Virus record (IMG/VR): IMGVR_UViG_3300020045_002955
Span: 1 to 35,166 of that record
Length of the DNA: 35,166 bases
Source of the DNA: a virus
Taxonomy: Duplodnaviria > Caudoviricetes
Direction: 5' to 3' (one strand)
In this document: piece by piece, positions 27,016-34,712 of the stretch
Layout: each line of letters opens with the position of its first letter
Position numbering within the stretch: the stretch's first letter is position 1
Notes under the pieces: model-generated
The model's database searches: none
What the model was told of the DNA's origin: nothing
Seen by the model: only the letters and a program-made list of their open reading frames with translations
Translations under genes and position numbers: made by a program

Positions 27016-27625
27016 CTAAAAATACTCCCCTTGCAATCTCATCCAGTGACCAGTTATGCCACGCTAAATCCATAATCCACTGACCCCTATCTACAAGCCC
27101 ATAGACGGGGCTGTGGTGGTCGTCAGTCTCCACCCGTAGCCCAGCAATGGCCGCGTCCACCAGTGCGGTGGTGCGCTTGCCTATGGCTATGTCGTGGGTA
27201 TTCAGTATCTCTTGCAGGCTTTCGGGTGTCGGCCTGTCTGCCGGGTGATACCGGACGGTGTCGTATCTCCCCTCCGGCTCCGCTTTGTAGTCGCACAGGT
27301 ACACCCTTCGGTTACCTGCTTTCATCGGCTGCAGCTCGGGGTGATCCCGGTATGGCATACCCTTTAAACGTACCTTCTCGCCCCCGGCCAGCCAGTGAAT
27401 CGACACGCAGTCAGGGTCGCCCCAATAGGCTCGGTCTATGTACAGGGTTTTGCTGTGTCGCCATCGGTCCAGTGCAAACCACGGGCCAAGTACAACGTGA
27501 ATGTCAGCCGCGATATCAGGCCGGAAGCTGATCTCCCACCCCGTCCCAGAATGGAGCGCGGCTGCTATCCTGACCTGGTGGGCTAACTGGCCATTGGCAT
27601 GGATGACCGTGCGGCAACTACCCAT
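26984..27625 (-). CDS. putative glycosyltransferase/capsule-biosynthesis-like protein
   Basis: YIDRAYW, TTALVDAAIAGL and LAWHNWSLDEIARG motifs; in glycosylation cluster. Confidence 0.55.
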   Translation of the reverse strand: MGSCRTVIHANGQLAHQVRIAAALHSGTGWEISFRPDIAADIHVVLGPWFALDRWRHSKTLYIDRAYWGDPDCVSIHWLAGGEKVRLKGMPYRDHPELQPMKAGNRRVYLCDYKAEPEGRYDTVRYHPADRPTPESLQEILNTHDIAIGKRTTALVDAAIAGLRVETDDHHSPVYGLVDRGQWIMDLAWHNWSLDEIARGVFLDAIGRPDAEK

Positions 27626-28239
27626 GCGTCTGACACCTCGGATGCCTTTGGCCGTCCATGAAACGCCACGATACTGGCATCAGCAGGAAAGCGTCCAGCG
27701 GCGCAATGGTAGCGGTAGGAACACACCCTCGCCATTGGCTCAATCTTGCCATCCCCAGGGTTGCCCAGCAGCCCGGTTAAAAATCCCTGGTCGCCCCAGT
27801 AATCGGTGTTGCCGTACCTCCCGAAAGGGTGGCGCGGGTCATCGCGTAACAATGAAGGGTCAAAGGCATCAGTGATAAATGACCAGTCGCCAGACCAGGC
27901 CATAACGGAGCTTTGCACCCCGCCGTGCCCGCTTTGCGCCCAGTTTGCCGGCGCGCTTATCGTATCAGATAGCAGCGGCTCCAAATCTCCAGTAACCACG
28001 CAATCCAGATCAATGTACAGGTTTCGCCCGACGGTGCCGTGCCTGAATATCAATAGCTTGCTAAACCATCCAGGCCAAATCTCATCGGGTATGCAGCAGT
28101 CAACACCTTCAATCGTGCGGTCAGTCAGTGCAACGAATTTATGCGGCAGCCTAAGATTGCGGGATACCTGATTCCGCAGAATCCGCACATCATCATGTGA
28201 ATAGCCAGAACCTACACAAACTGCCCAGACAGTTATCAT
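27583..28239 (-). CDS. GT-A fold glycosyltransferase
   Basis: FVALTD, GWFSKL, YIDLD (DxD), SSVMAW, GDQGF, IVAFHGRPK. Confidence 0.85.
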   Translation of the reverse strand: MITVWAVCVGSGYSHDDVRILRNQVSRNLRLPHKFVALTDRTIEGVDCCIPDEIWPGWFSKLLIFRHGTVGRNLYIDLDCVVTGDLEPLLSDTISAPANWAQSGHGGVQSSVMAWSGDWSFITDAFDPSLLRDDPRHPFGRYGNTDYWGDQGFLTGLLGNPGDGKIEPMARVCSYRYHCAAGRFPADASIVAFHGRPKASEVSDAWVVAARSSMPMAS

Positions 28240-28251
28240 TCATTCGCCCAT

Positions 28252-28275
28252 AAAAAAGGCGACCATAAGTCGCCT
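28252..28275 (-). terminator. intrinsic terminator closing the RAMP/array cassette
   Basis: AGGCGAC-ttatg-GTCGCCT plus T-run, 11 nt after the last pentamer. Confidence 0.85.
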
Positions 28276-28286
28276 AAAATGTTTTG

Positions 28287-28598
28287 GTTCCATACCAATC
28301 GTCTACTGTCCTCTCCCCTCCCATCTAGTCCTTTCCTGCCACTCCAATCGAAACCGCTACGATCCCGTCCACTCCCATCGCTTTCGTTCCTGCCTACCCA
28401 TTCCACTGCCTTACGTTACTATCCGCGCCCATCCTTTCCTGCCAATCCGGCCCCATCCTATCCAGTACGGCCCGATCCACTACTTTCCTGCCGTTCCTGT
28501 TGACTCCGTTCCCCTATGCTACGGTCCCGTCCATTCCAATCCTATCCCGCCACTCAGCTCCGGCCCATTCCAAACGCCACCGTTCCATTCCGTTCCCA
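28287..28598 (-). repeat. GGA-NN pentamer array 2 (six units), putative guide-RNA array
   Basis: Strict 5-nt register; GGCA/GGCG separators at plus-strand 28337, 28391, 28440, 28489, 28548 (spacings 54, 49, 49, 59 = 4+5n). Confidence 0.9.
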
Positions 28599-28787
28599 TC
28601 ACTTTTTAATCTTGGCGTAATCTATCCCGGTTTTCATGCAAAACAATTCAACTAGGCCGGGGGGTATACTCCTTTCCCCAGCCTCATACCGCCGCCATGA
28701 TCGCTCGGCTATTTGCACAGTCCTTGCGGCCTCGGCAATGGATAATCCCGCCAACTCTCGCAAGGCTATAACTTCTGCGGGTTCCAT
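28599..28787 (-). CDS. XRE-family HTH protein between the two arrays
   Basis: LRELAGLSIAEAARTVQIAERSWRRYEAGERSIP; AAGGGA RBS. Confidence 0.85.
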   Translation of the reverse strand: MEPAEVIALRELAGLSIAEAARTVQIAERSWRRYEAGERSIPPGLVELFCMKTGIDYAKIKK

Positions 28788-28807
28788 ATCGTTATCCCTT
28801 AGTGGCT

Positions 28808-29064
28808 ATTCCAGCCTCTCCAATCCTCTCCACTGCGCTCCTGCCTATCCCGTCCTGTCCATTATCCTCCACTCCATTCCCCTCAGATCGATTTCGCCCC
28901 TGCCTCTCCGACCCCCTCCTGTCCCGTCCCGTCAGTTCCTCCCCTATCCGGTCCTTTCCTGCCTCTCCGGTCCGGTCCACTAAACTCTGCTCCAGACCCG
29001 TCCTCTACGTTCCTGCCAATCCCGTCCTTTCCGGTCCGCCACACTCCCTTTCACTCGACCACTC
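28808..29064 (-). repeat. GGA-NN pentamer array 1 (five units), putative guide-RNA array
   Basis: GGCA/GGCT separators at plus-strand 28813, 28842, 28901, 28960, 29014 (spacings 29, 59, 59, 54 = 4+5n). Confidence 0.9.
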
Positions 29065-29523
29065 TCAAGCTGATCTGGCAATTCTCCTGATTTGAGACAG
29101 CAAAGCCTCTATTTCATTGGACAGGCCAACCGCTGCAGCAACATTATAAGCCCGCTGCATAAAGGCTTCCGCTCGCTCTAGTTCGCGAATCAGCGCCCGC
29201 CTGGCCTTATCCTTGTTGCTGCGAAGGGTAATGGTTGAAACGTACCCCTGCGTTCCTTTTGGCTTGTCTGGATCTTCAACATAGGCCGGGGTTGGGAATA
29301 CCACCGTATGCTCCGTCACCGTCACCTGCACCGAGGATATGATGTTTCTGGCAATCCCCAGCCAGTGCTCCATCGCGGCCTTGTTCACATCCCAATTAAA
29401 GCACCCGTGCAAAGGACTGCTCTTGCGCTTGGCATCCTTGATGATCAAATCAGGGGTTATTACACCCCTGTTTGCCAAGGACAGCTCTTTAACGTACTGC
29501 TGCTGTTCCTTGGTAAGCCTCAT
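29065..29523 (-). CDS. hypothetical helical protein coupled to the RAMP-like gene
   Basis: ATGA overlap; ITPDLIIKDA...SPLHGCFNWD..KAA..HWL..ARNII. Confidence 0.8.
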   Translation of the reverse strand: MRLTKEQQQYVKELSLANRGVITPDLIIKDAKRKSSPLHGCFNWDVNKAAMEHWLGIARNIISSVQVTVTEHTVVFPTPAYVEDPDKPKGTQGYVSTITLRSNKDKARRALIRELERAEAFMQRAYNVAAAVGLSNEIEALLSQIRRIARSA

Positions 29524-30341
29524 GCAGCCACCCTTCCCAGCGTATTCAGGCCGCGCTTTTTGGCCTCATCTACCGGCATGATCAGCTTAATACCACGATT
29601 CTCCGCTTCCTCGGCGGCCCATGCCATCAAGTCCTCGGTTTCGTCGTCGTAATACTCTGGGTTCAGCATTGCTTGGATTTGCTGCTTTCTGCCGATCTTG
29701 GTGATGCGCTTAAAGTCAGCATCGGTCGGGGCAACAATCTTAAATTGCCCGTAATCGCCGCTACCCTTTTCCGGCCTCCACTCGCCCAGCCCCTGAGTAA
29801 ATCCGGCTGCACTCATCAGGTTGGCGATGCTTTTCGCGTTCAGTGCGGGCTTGGTAAACGTCACCGTTACTTTGGTGGCCCACTCTGGAATGATCAGGCG
29901 CGTCCTCACGTCAGGCGTCTTGTTCATGTCTGAAGATCGGACAATGGAGCAAAACATCTGCGGCAGTCCATACAACGGGAGGCGATTCCCGCTGACAGTA
30001 ACCAGCCGCTTGATCTGCGTTTTCGCGACCCCGGGCATATCAAGGGCGGCACCACACAGCATCCCCTTAAACTGCGACCCAAGACATGCGATAAATGTCG
30101 GCGCGTTTTCTTCCCGCAGCGTATATGGTGAATCCCAAAACTCCTGAAACGGCTGGTGTTTCAGCGTCCCTTGTCGCTCTGACTTCGTCTTGGTTTTCGG
30201 CATGAACAGCTCGCGCCATGCCTTTCCCGACATTCTGGATGTAATGGTCGGAGTAGTTCCGACGATGCAAAACTCCGCTTTCCCCTGGTCAATCTGGAGG
30301 ATTTCGATTGCTGCGTCTGTTGCCTTTTTGCTAATAGCCAT
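29520..30341 (-). CDS. Cas7/RAMP-like RNA-binding protein (Vipr-like)
   Basis: N-terminal strand IVGTTP; LGSQFKGMLCGAA resembling RAMP IPGSSLKG.LR; Gly-rich loop GLGEWRPEKGSGDYGQF. Confidence 0.75.
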   Translation of the reverse strand: MAISKKATDAAIEILQIDQGKAEFCIVGTTPTITSRMSGKAWRELFMPKTKTKSERQGTLKHQPFQEFWDSPYTLREENAPTFIACLGSQFKGMLCGAALDMPGVAKTQIKRLVTVSGNRLPLYGLPQMFCSIVRSSDMNKTPDVRTRLIIPEWATKVTVTFTKPALNAKSIANLMSAAGFTQGLGEWRPEKGSGDYGQFKIVAPTDADFKRITKIGRKQQIQAMLNPEYYDDETEDLMAWAAEEAENRGIKLIMPVDEAKKRGLNTLGRVAA

Positions 30342-30381
30342 TTTGCTCTCCCGGACTTTAAGCCCTAGATGATGTTTGGAA

Positions 30382-30434
30382 TGACGGCGAATCCGTCAAA
30401 ACCGAGACTAGACCATTGGTCAATAGCCTGTCAA
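30382..30434 (-). promoter_or_regulatory. sigma70-type promoter with operator palindrome and 5' hairpin for the cassette
   Basis: TTGACA (30434-30429)-18-TAGTCT (30410-30405); GACCAnTGGTC at 30411-30421; TGACGG-5-CCGTCA at 30382-30398. Confidence 0.65.
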
Positions 30435-30441
30435 CAATTAT

Positions 30442-30978
30442 TTAACGCGGCCTCACCTGATTAAAAAACATCGCCTCCCGCGCCGGCATGACGAATGGCT
30501 TATGCTCCACCTTGGTCATCCGCACATCCACGTTGCGGTTTGGGTATTCCCGCCCGATGGCCAGATGGTCAATGGTGTAGCCGTTGCGCTCGGCGTATTC
30601 CTCATAAAACTCCGGCCGGGGATACCATTCACCATGCCACCACCAGTCGCCGGGTGCCGGACACATATGGATCTGCACCCCACCCACCTTGCACAGCCGG
30701 TGCATACTTTCCCAGATGTGATATTGCTCGCTGACATGTTCGGTGCAGCCGAAGTTGGTAATCATGTCGAACGGCTCCCAGTTGGGCAGCGGTTGTCTCA
30801 TATCCAGCGGCAAAGCACCGTCCTGCCCATTCCAGTCCACGGAAACATGGGTTAATCCAAGTCCTTCAAAATAGGACTTGTAGGACACGTTGCCGGTTTT
30901 CTTGTTGCCCAGCTCCAGCATCCTGTCGCCTACCAGAGGATAGACGAAGTGGTGGCAGTATTCAGGGACCGGATTCAT
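30442..30978 (-). CDS. class I SAM-dependent methyltransferase
   Basis: MLELGN, VSVDWN, FDMITNFGCTEHV, LCKVGG. Confidence 0.8.
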   Translation of the reverse strand: MNPVPEYCHHFVYPLVGDRMLELGNKKTGNVSYKSYFEGLGLTHVSVDWNGQDGALPLDMRQPLPNWEPFDMITNFGCTEHVSEQYHIWESMHRLCKVGGVQIHMCPAPGDWWWHGEWYPRPEFYEEYAERNGYTIDHLAIGREYPNRNVDVRMTKVEHKPFVMPAREAMFFNQVRPR

Positions 30979-31481
30979 AGCTTAACCAGCAGAATAGAAT
31001 CATTCTTGTTGTTCAGCCGCAGGCTTTCTATCGGCTCCATCCTGATTTCTTCCGGCTGCTCATGGTGCCAGATTGGCCGGTCGGTCATCATCAGGTAACG
31101 ACTACCGCTGGCCTTGAGGTTGGCTATCGCCCTCCGGCAAGGCTCCATTTCAAGGTGATTCAGCACCCACAGGCACATCAATAAATCCGCTTTCGGCGCC
31201 ACCTCGTTGATCAGGTCAAAAGCAACCACCTGCGGCAACCGTGGCACCAGGTCATAGGCCCGGTAACTCGCCCCGGCCAGGTCCATTTTCTTTATCCAGT
31301 TGAGATCACCAGCCCCGACATCGGCAATCGACTCAATGCCGTACTTTCGGATTATCTGCGGTATCCATTCCCGCTGTCTGACGGTTTGTGACAGCATGGA
31401 CCCATGCCCGCACTTGGTTTCCGGTAACCCACCCGTCCATCCCTTGCGGAACTTCTCAACATCCCTTACAACATCGCCCAC
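30975..31481 (-). CDS. class I SAM-dependent methyltransferase
   Basis: SIADVGAGDLNW, YDLV, DLLMCLWVLNHL; start reassigned to GTG overlapping upstream TAG. Confidence 0.8.
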   Translation of the reverse strand: MGDVVRDVEKFRKGWTGGLPETKCGHGSMLSQTVRQREWIPQIIRKYGIESIADVGAGDLNWIKKMDLAGASYRAYDLVPRLPQVVAFDLINEVAPKADLLMCLWVLNHLEMEPCRRAIANLKASGSRYLMMTDRPIWHHEQPEEIRMEPIESLRLNNKNDSILLVKL

Positions 31482-32101
31482 TAAACCCAATCCCCCAAGT
31501 TGCCCATCTCGAAAAAGTCCAAAGCGGACCCGGGGCTGCAGTTGATAATTTTGATACCAATATCCACAGGCTTGATGGTCCGGTAACACTCCAATAAACC
31601 GGTCATTTCGCCATTCGGCCCGGCTGCCGGCCAATGCCCCAGCTCTGGCGGGTATTCGCCGAAATAATGCCTGTCTCCACCGGGGTCACGATAGGTTTTC
31701 GAATAGCCCTTTGGATACCGAAGGTCGTACCCGATCAGCACAAACTCGGTGACCCCATGGTGTAAAGCCAGCCCCATCAGCTGATAGCCGCTCGAGTGCC
31801 CGTAATGGATATACCCGGGGTCAGTGGATAACCCGTCACCCCAGCGGCCCTCGATATAGGCCAGCCCGTACTTATTCGCCGTGGGCTTGTCCCATGTCCA
31901 CTTGGTAAACTCCCCGCCCCGCAACTTTTCATCGCGAGGCCAGTAGTAATCCCACCACTCGGGGTTGCAGGCCAGCAATGCCGCCAATTCGCACACCTGG
32001 TAGGTGTTGTTGCATCCAAATCTAGGCAGTCGCGAGTTGTTGATCCGCTTGATGGCCTCTGCTGTCAGGCTCGGCCCAGTCCCTATGATGATGCCCCGCA
32101 T
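31481..32101 (-). CDS. DUF115/MptE-like (sialyltransferase-like fold) glycan-modifying enzyme
   Basis: IIIGTGPSL, GCNN, SSGYQ, VLIGYDL, HYFG, IINCS motifs. Confidence 0.7.
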   Translation of the reverse strand: MRGIIIGTGPSLTAEAIKRINNSRLPRFGCNNTYQVCELAALLACNPEWWDYYWPRDEKLRGGEFTKWTWDKPTANKYGLAYIEGRWGDGLSTDPGYIHYGHSSGYQLMGLALHHGVTEFVLIGYDLRYPKGYSKTYRDPGGDRHYFGEYPPELGHWPAAGPNGEMTGLLECYRTIKPVDIGIKIINCSPGSALDFFEMGNLGDWV

Positions 32102-32687
32102 ACGCCTCCAGCGTTTGTTGTTTGAATTGCGTCAGCAGGGTTTTGCGGGTGCAGTTGATAACCTCAACCCCTTCCTGCTGCAGATCCGTGGCCAGTTTGT
32201 TGAATTCGGGGACGTACTTTTCATAATTTCCATTCTGCAAGCCTTTCGGGTGCTCGCCGAAAAAATGCGTCCTGCCAGTGGCCCCCATGTCATACCCCAG
32301 CAAACCAATCCGTTTTGCCCCCAGCAGATAGGCCAGGTTAATTGCCTGGGCGCCTGAGTTGCTGTTGAAATGAAGTATTCCCCGGCCCAACCCTTTGTTG
32401 TGGGCGCCTCGAATTGCCTCAAGTCCCATCCTCTCGGCCTCTTTCTTGCCTTCGTCGGTATGGTACTGGGTGTACAGTTTCCCCTTGAAAACCTTCCTCA
32501 CATCCTCGATGTGGATGGCCCACCACTGGGGATCGCAGGCATAGAGATAATCCGCATCAGGGACCATCCGGTAAGCGTCATTGACTACAATGATTTTCTC
32601 GGCCTTCCCCTTCGCGGTTTCACAATCTGCTTGAGTGAGACTGGGTCCAGTGGCGATGCAAAAGAAACTGGGGCCGGGCTTTTTTTT
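32022..32687 (-). CDS. paralogous DUF115/MptE-like enzyme, probably entered by -1 frameshift from the upstream gene
   Basis: Frame opens at A9 run after TGA and encodes FCIATGPSLT...IVVNDAY upstream of the first Met (32567); NSGAQA, LLGYDM, HFFG, VINCT. Confidence 0.7.
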   Translation of the reverse strand, partial: KKKPGPSFFCIATGPSLTQADCETAKGKAEKIIVVNDAYRMVPDADYLYACDPQWWAIHIEDVRKVFKGKLYTQYHTDEGKKEAERMGLEAIRGAHNKGLGRGILHFNSNSGAQAINLAYLLGAKRIGLLGYDMGATGRTHFFGEHPKGLQNGNYEKYVPEFNKLATDLQQEGVEVINCTRKTLLTQFKQQTLEAYAGHHHRDWAEPDSRGHQADQQLATA

Positions 32688-32839
32688 TCAGTCGCTTCGA
32701 CTATCTTTTCCTCGTACCGGGTAGCGGCGCCAATCTGAATAAGATGGTCGCCGACAGCGTCCTGTACGGTTTGCGGCAGGGGATCTGGATCAAACCATAC
32801 CCCGCCGATTAAAACTGGTGAATTAATGATAACTCTCAT
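32585..32839 (-). CDS. small post-capsid protein with basic RGRPRK tail
   Basis: 84 aa; ATGA coupling to HNH gene; KPRRGRPRKSL C-terminus. Confidence 0.7.
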   Translation of the reverse strand: MRVIINSPVLIGGVWFDPDPLPQTVQDAVGDHLIQIGAATRYEEKIVEATEKKSPAPVSFASPLDPVSLKQIVKPRRGRPRKSL

Positions 32840-33432
32840 TCGACATGGCTCCAGATCTTGCCTTTCTTGATATCGCTAACAGTTGCTTGAGATATCCCAT
32901 ATTTATCTGCAATCGCGACCTGGGTAATCCCACTTCGTAGCAACTCCTTTATTTGCGTGACAATCTTATCATCTAGCTTGGAGTTGCCATTCTTGGCGCC
33001 GATCATTGGATTAAATCGGCCCTTTTGATCTCTGTCGGCAACATTGTCGGCATTGCTTCCCAGAAATAAATGGCTGGGGTTGACGCATCGCCTGTTATCG
33101 CACTTATGGCAAACACAAACCCCGTGAGGGGCGCTGCCATCGGGAATTGCGCCAATGTGCAATCCGTAACTAATCCTATGCGCCAACGTACCGAATTCTG
33201 TTGGCGACATAGTGCCGTAACCGGACTTATTCAGCCCGCCAGTCCAGTTCCAGCATCCAGTGCTTTCACAAACCTCATACTTCAGAGCAAACCTTTCTGC
33301 CAGCGGCAGCGTTTTTGTATGCACAACACTAGGGTCGCCGTATTTTGCAAATCTTTTGCGGTGCATCGAGCAATATGTGCTATTGCCACGAATAATTCTT
33401 TCGCAGTCTTTTGCGTTGCATGGGCGGTACAT
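32836..33432 (-). CDS. free-standing HNH homing endonuclease with C-terminal HTH
   Basis: GCWNWTG, LAHRISY, VCHKCDNRRCVNPSHLFLGSNADN; TQVAIADKYGISQATVSDIKKG. Confidence 0.9.
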   Translation of the reverse strand: MYRPCNAKDCERIIRGNSTYCSMHRKRFAKYGDPSVVHTKTLPLAERFALKYEVCESTGCWNWTGGLNKSGYGTMSPTEFGTLAHRISYGLHIGAIPDGSAPHGVCVCHKCDNRRCVNPSHLFLGSNADNVADRDQKGRFNPMIGAKNGNSKLDDKIVTQIKELLRSGITQVAIADKYGISQATVSDIKKGKIWSHVE

Positions 33433-33496
33433 AGTGCTTTCCCGTGTAGTGTGTGTAACACACTATAACACGGTACTCGCACTATTAGTTAGCTAA

Positions 33497-34702
33497 TTAT
33501 AAACTACCGGTTATAAAGGCTTCGGTTCGGTACACACACAGGGTGAGCCGTTCCTCAGCGCGGATGGTGACCATGTTTTTCTGGAAGTTGGTGCTGTCCT
33601 CGCGGGATGCCTCAACCGCCGCCTGCTGGCGATCCTTGATCTCGGCAGCGTATGACGTGCCAAGCAGGAAAGTACCCGCCGTGATGCTGTTGGTGACAAC
33701 AACATTCAGGCCCCACAGGCGATTCTGCATCAGGCCGTTGGGATCGCCAACAACGTAACGCGCATCACTGGTGCTGACATGGCGGATCTCGATGCTGTAC
33801 CAGTCAGTGGGGTGCAGTACCAGGAAGTTCGGCATGTATTCAGCCACATGCGCCTGGCGCATTGCGTGACGGATAATGTCGATTTCGTTGGTCAGCTGCG
33901 GTGAAGTCACCGTGTACGCCGTTGCCTGGGTGATCAGGCCGTTGAGCTGGTGGTTTGCACCCGTACCGGAGAGGATCTGTGTTTCCTCCTTCAACTTCAG
34001 GCCGTACATCAGCCGGTTGTTGATGTGGCTTGCCAGGCTCGGTGAGTCATCCAGCACCTGCACAGACGCGGGGATGAAGTGCGCCAGGGTAACTACCGGG
34101 GCGGTTGCCAGGGTGAAGGTGATCGCGGATTCCGGCTTGGTCACGTTCTCAAACTGCTGGGGAGACCCGGAAACGGTCGGCCCGGCGTTGTTGGTAAACG
34201 CGTTCTCGCGGGTGAACTCCACCAGGTTGCTGTCGGTGGTGCTCGCAGGCAGTACGTCCCGAATGGTCAGGATACGGTTCGGCACCGTAGCAATACCACC
34301 CAGCCGATCAGCCGGCACCAGCGGCTGGCTTGCGCCAGTGGCGTTGATGATGGCGGTTTTCACTTCCATCCGTGCGCGACCGTACTGGCCGGCCTGCATT
34401 GCCTTGAAGGCGTCGGACTTGATGAACTGCTCGCCCAGTGTTTCCGGCGCGGACGCCTCGCTGATCCTGGCGCCCTTCTGCTCAACTACCTGCAGACGGT
34501 CGTACAGATCATTGTACTGCTTGGAAATTGCCTCCATCTTGCCCTGCGTTTCGGCCTGAACCTGGCCAAGCGTTTTCAGCTCGCCTTGTGCCTGCGCGTA
34601 GGTTTTTTCGATATCGCTGAACTTGGACAGGATTTTGCCGTCCAGGTCTTTCAGCTCCTTGATGATCTCGACCTGGTCGAGATGTTTGTTTGCTTCGGTC
34701 AT
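33497..34702 (-). CDS. major capsid protein, HK97 family
   Basis: N-terminal coiled-coil delta domain; LTIRDVL, TLAHFIPAS.QVLDD, FQKNMVTIRAEERL. Confidence 0.95.
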   Translation of the reverse strand: MTEANKHLDQVEIIKELKDLDGKILSKFSDIEKTYAQAQGELKTLGQVQAETQGKMEAISKQYNDLYDRLQVVEQKGARISEASAPETLGEQFIKSDAFKAMQAGQYGRARMEVKTAIINATGASQPLVPADRLGGIATVPNRILTIRDVLPASTTDSNLVEFTRENAFTNNAGPTVSGSPQQFENVTKPESAITFTLATAPVVTLAHFIPASVQVLDDSPSLASHINNRLMYGLKLKEETQILSGTGANHQLNGLITQATAYTVTSPQLTNEIDIIRHAMRQAHVAEYMPNFLVLHPTDWYSIEIRHVSTSDARYVVGDPNGLMQNRLWGLNVVVTNSITAGTFLLGTSYAAEIKDRQQAAVEASREDSTNFQKNMVTIRAEERLTLCVYRTEAFITGSL

Positions 34703-34712
34703 GGGAATACCC

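Noticed and set aside
28287-29064. Canonical CRISPR array
   Set aside because: No 25-45 nt repeats with contiguous spacers; the only longer repeat is 9 nt and variation is interleaved every 5 nt
28287-29064. Simple microsatellite or G-quadruplex tract
   Set aside because: Neighbouring pentamers are rarely identical and unit punctuation is regular; GG is often broken while position-3 A and the register persist. G4 folding is not excluded but does not explain the pattern
28279-29095. ORFs over the arrays (28279-28503, 28636-28983, 28792-28980, 28802-29095)
   Set aside because: Low-complexity Pro/Ser or Gly/Arg translations; 5-nt period and 4-nt separators do not fit codon-level selection
30342-30441. 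Array units targeting the cassette's own promoter
   Set aside because: No gapped match found by eye for the units tried; not an exhaustive search
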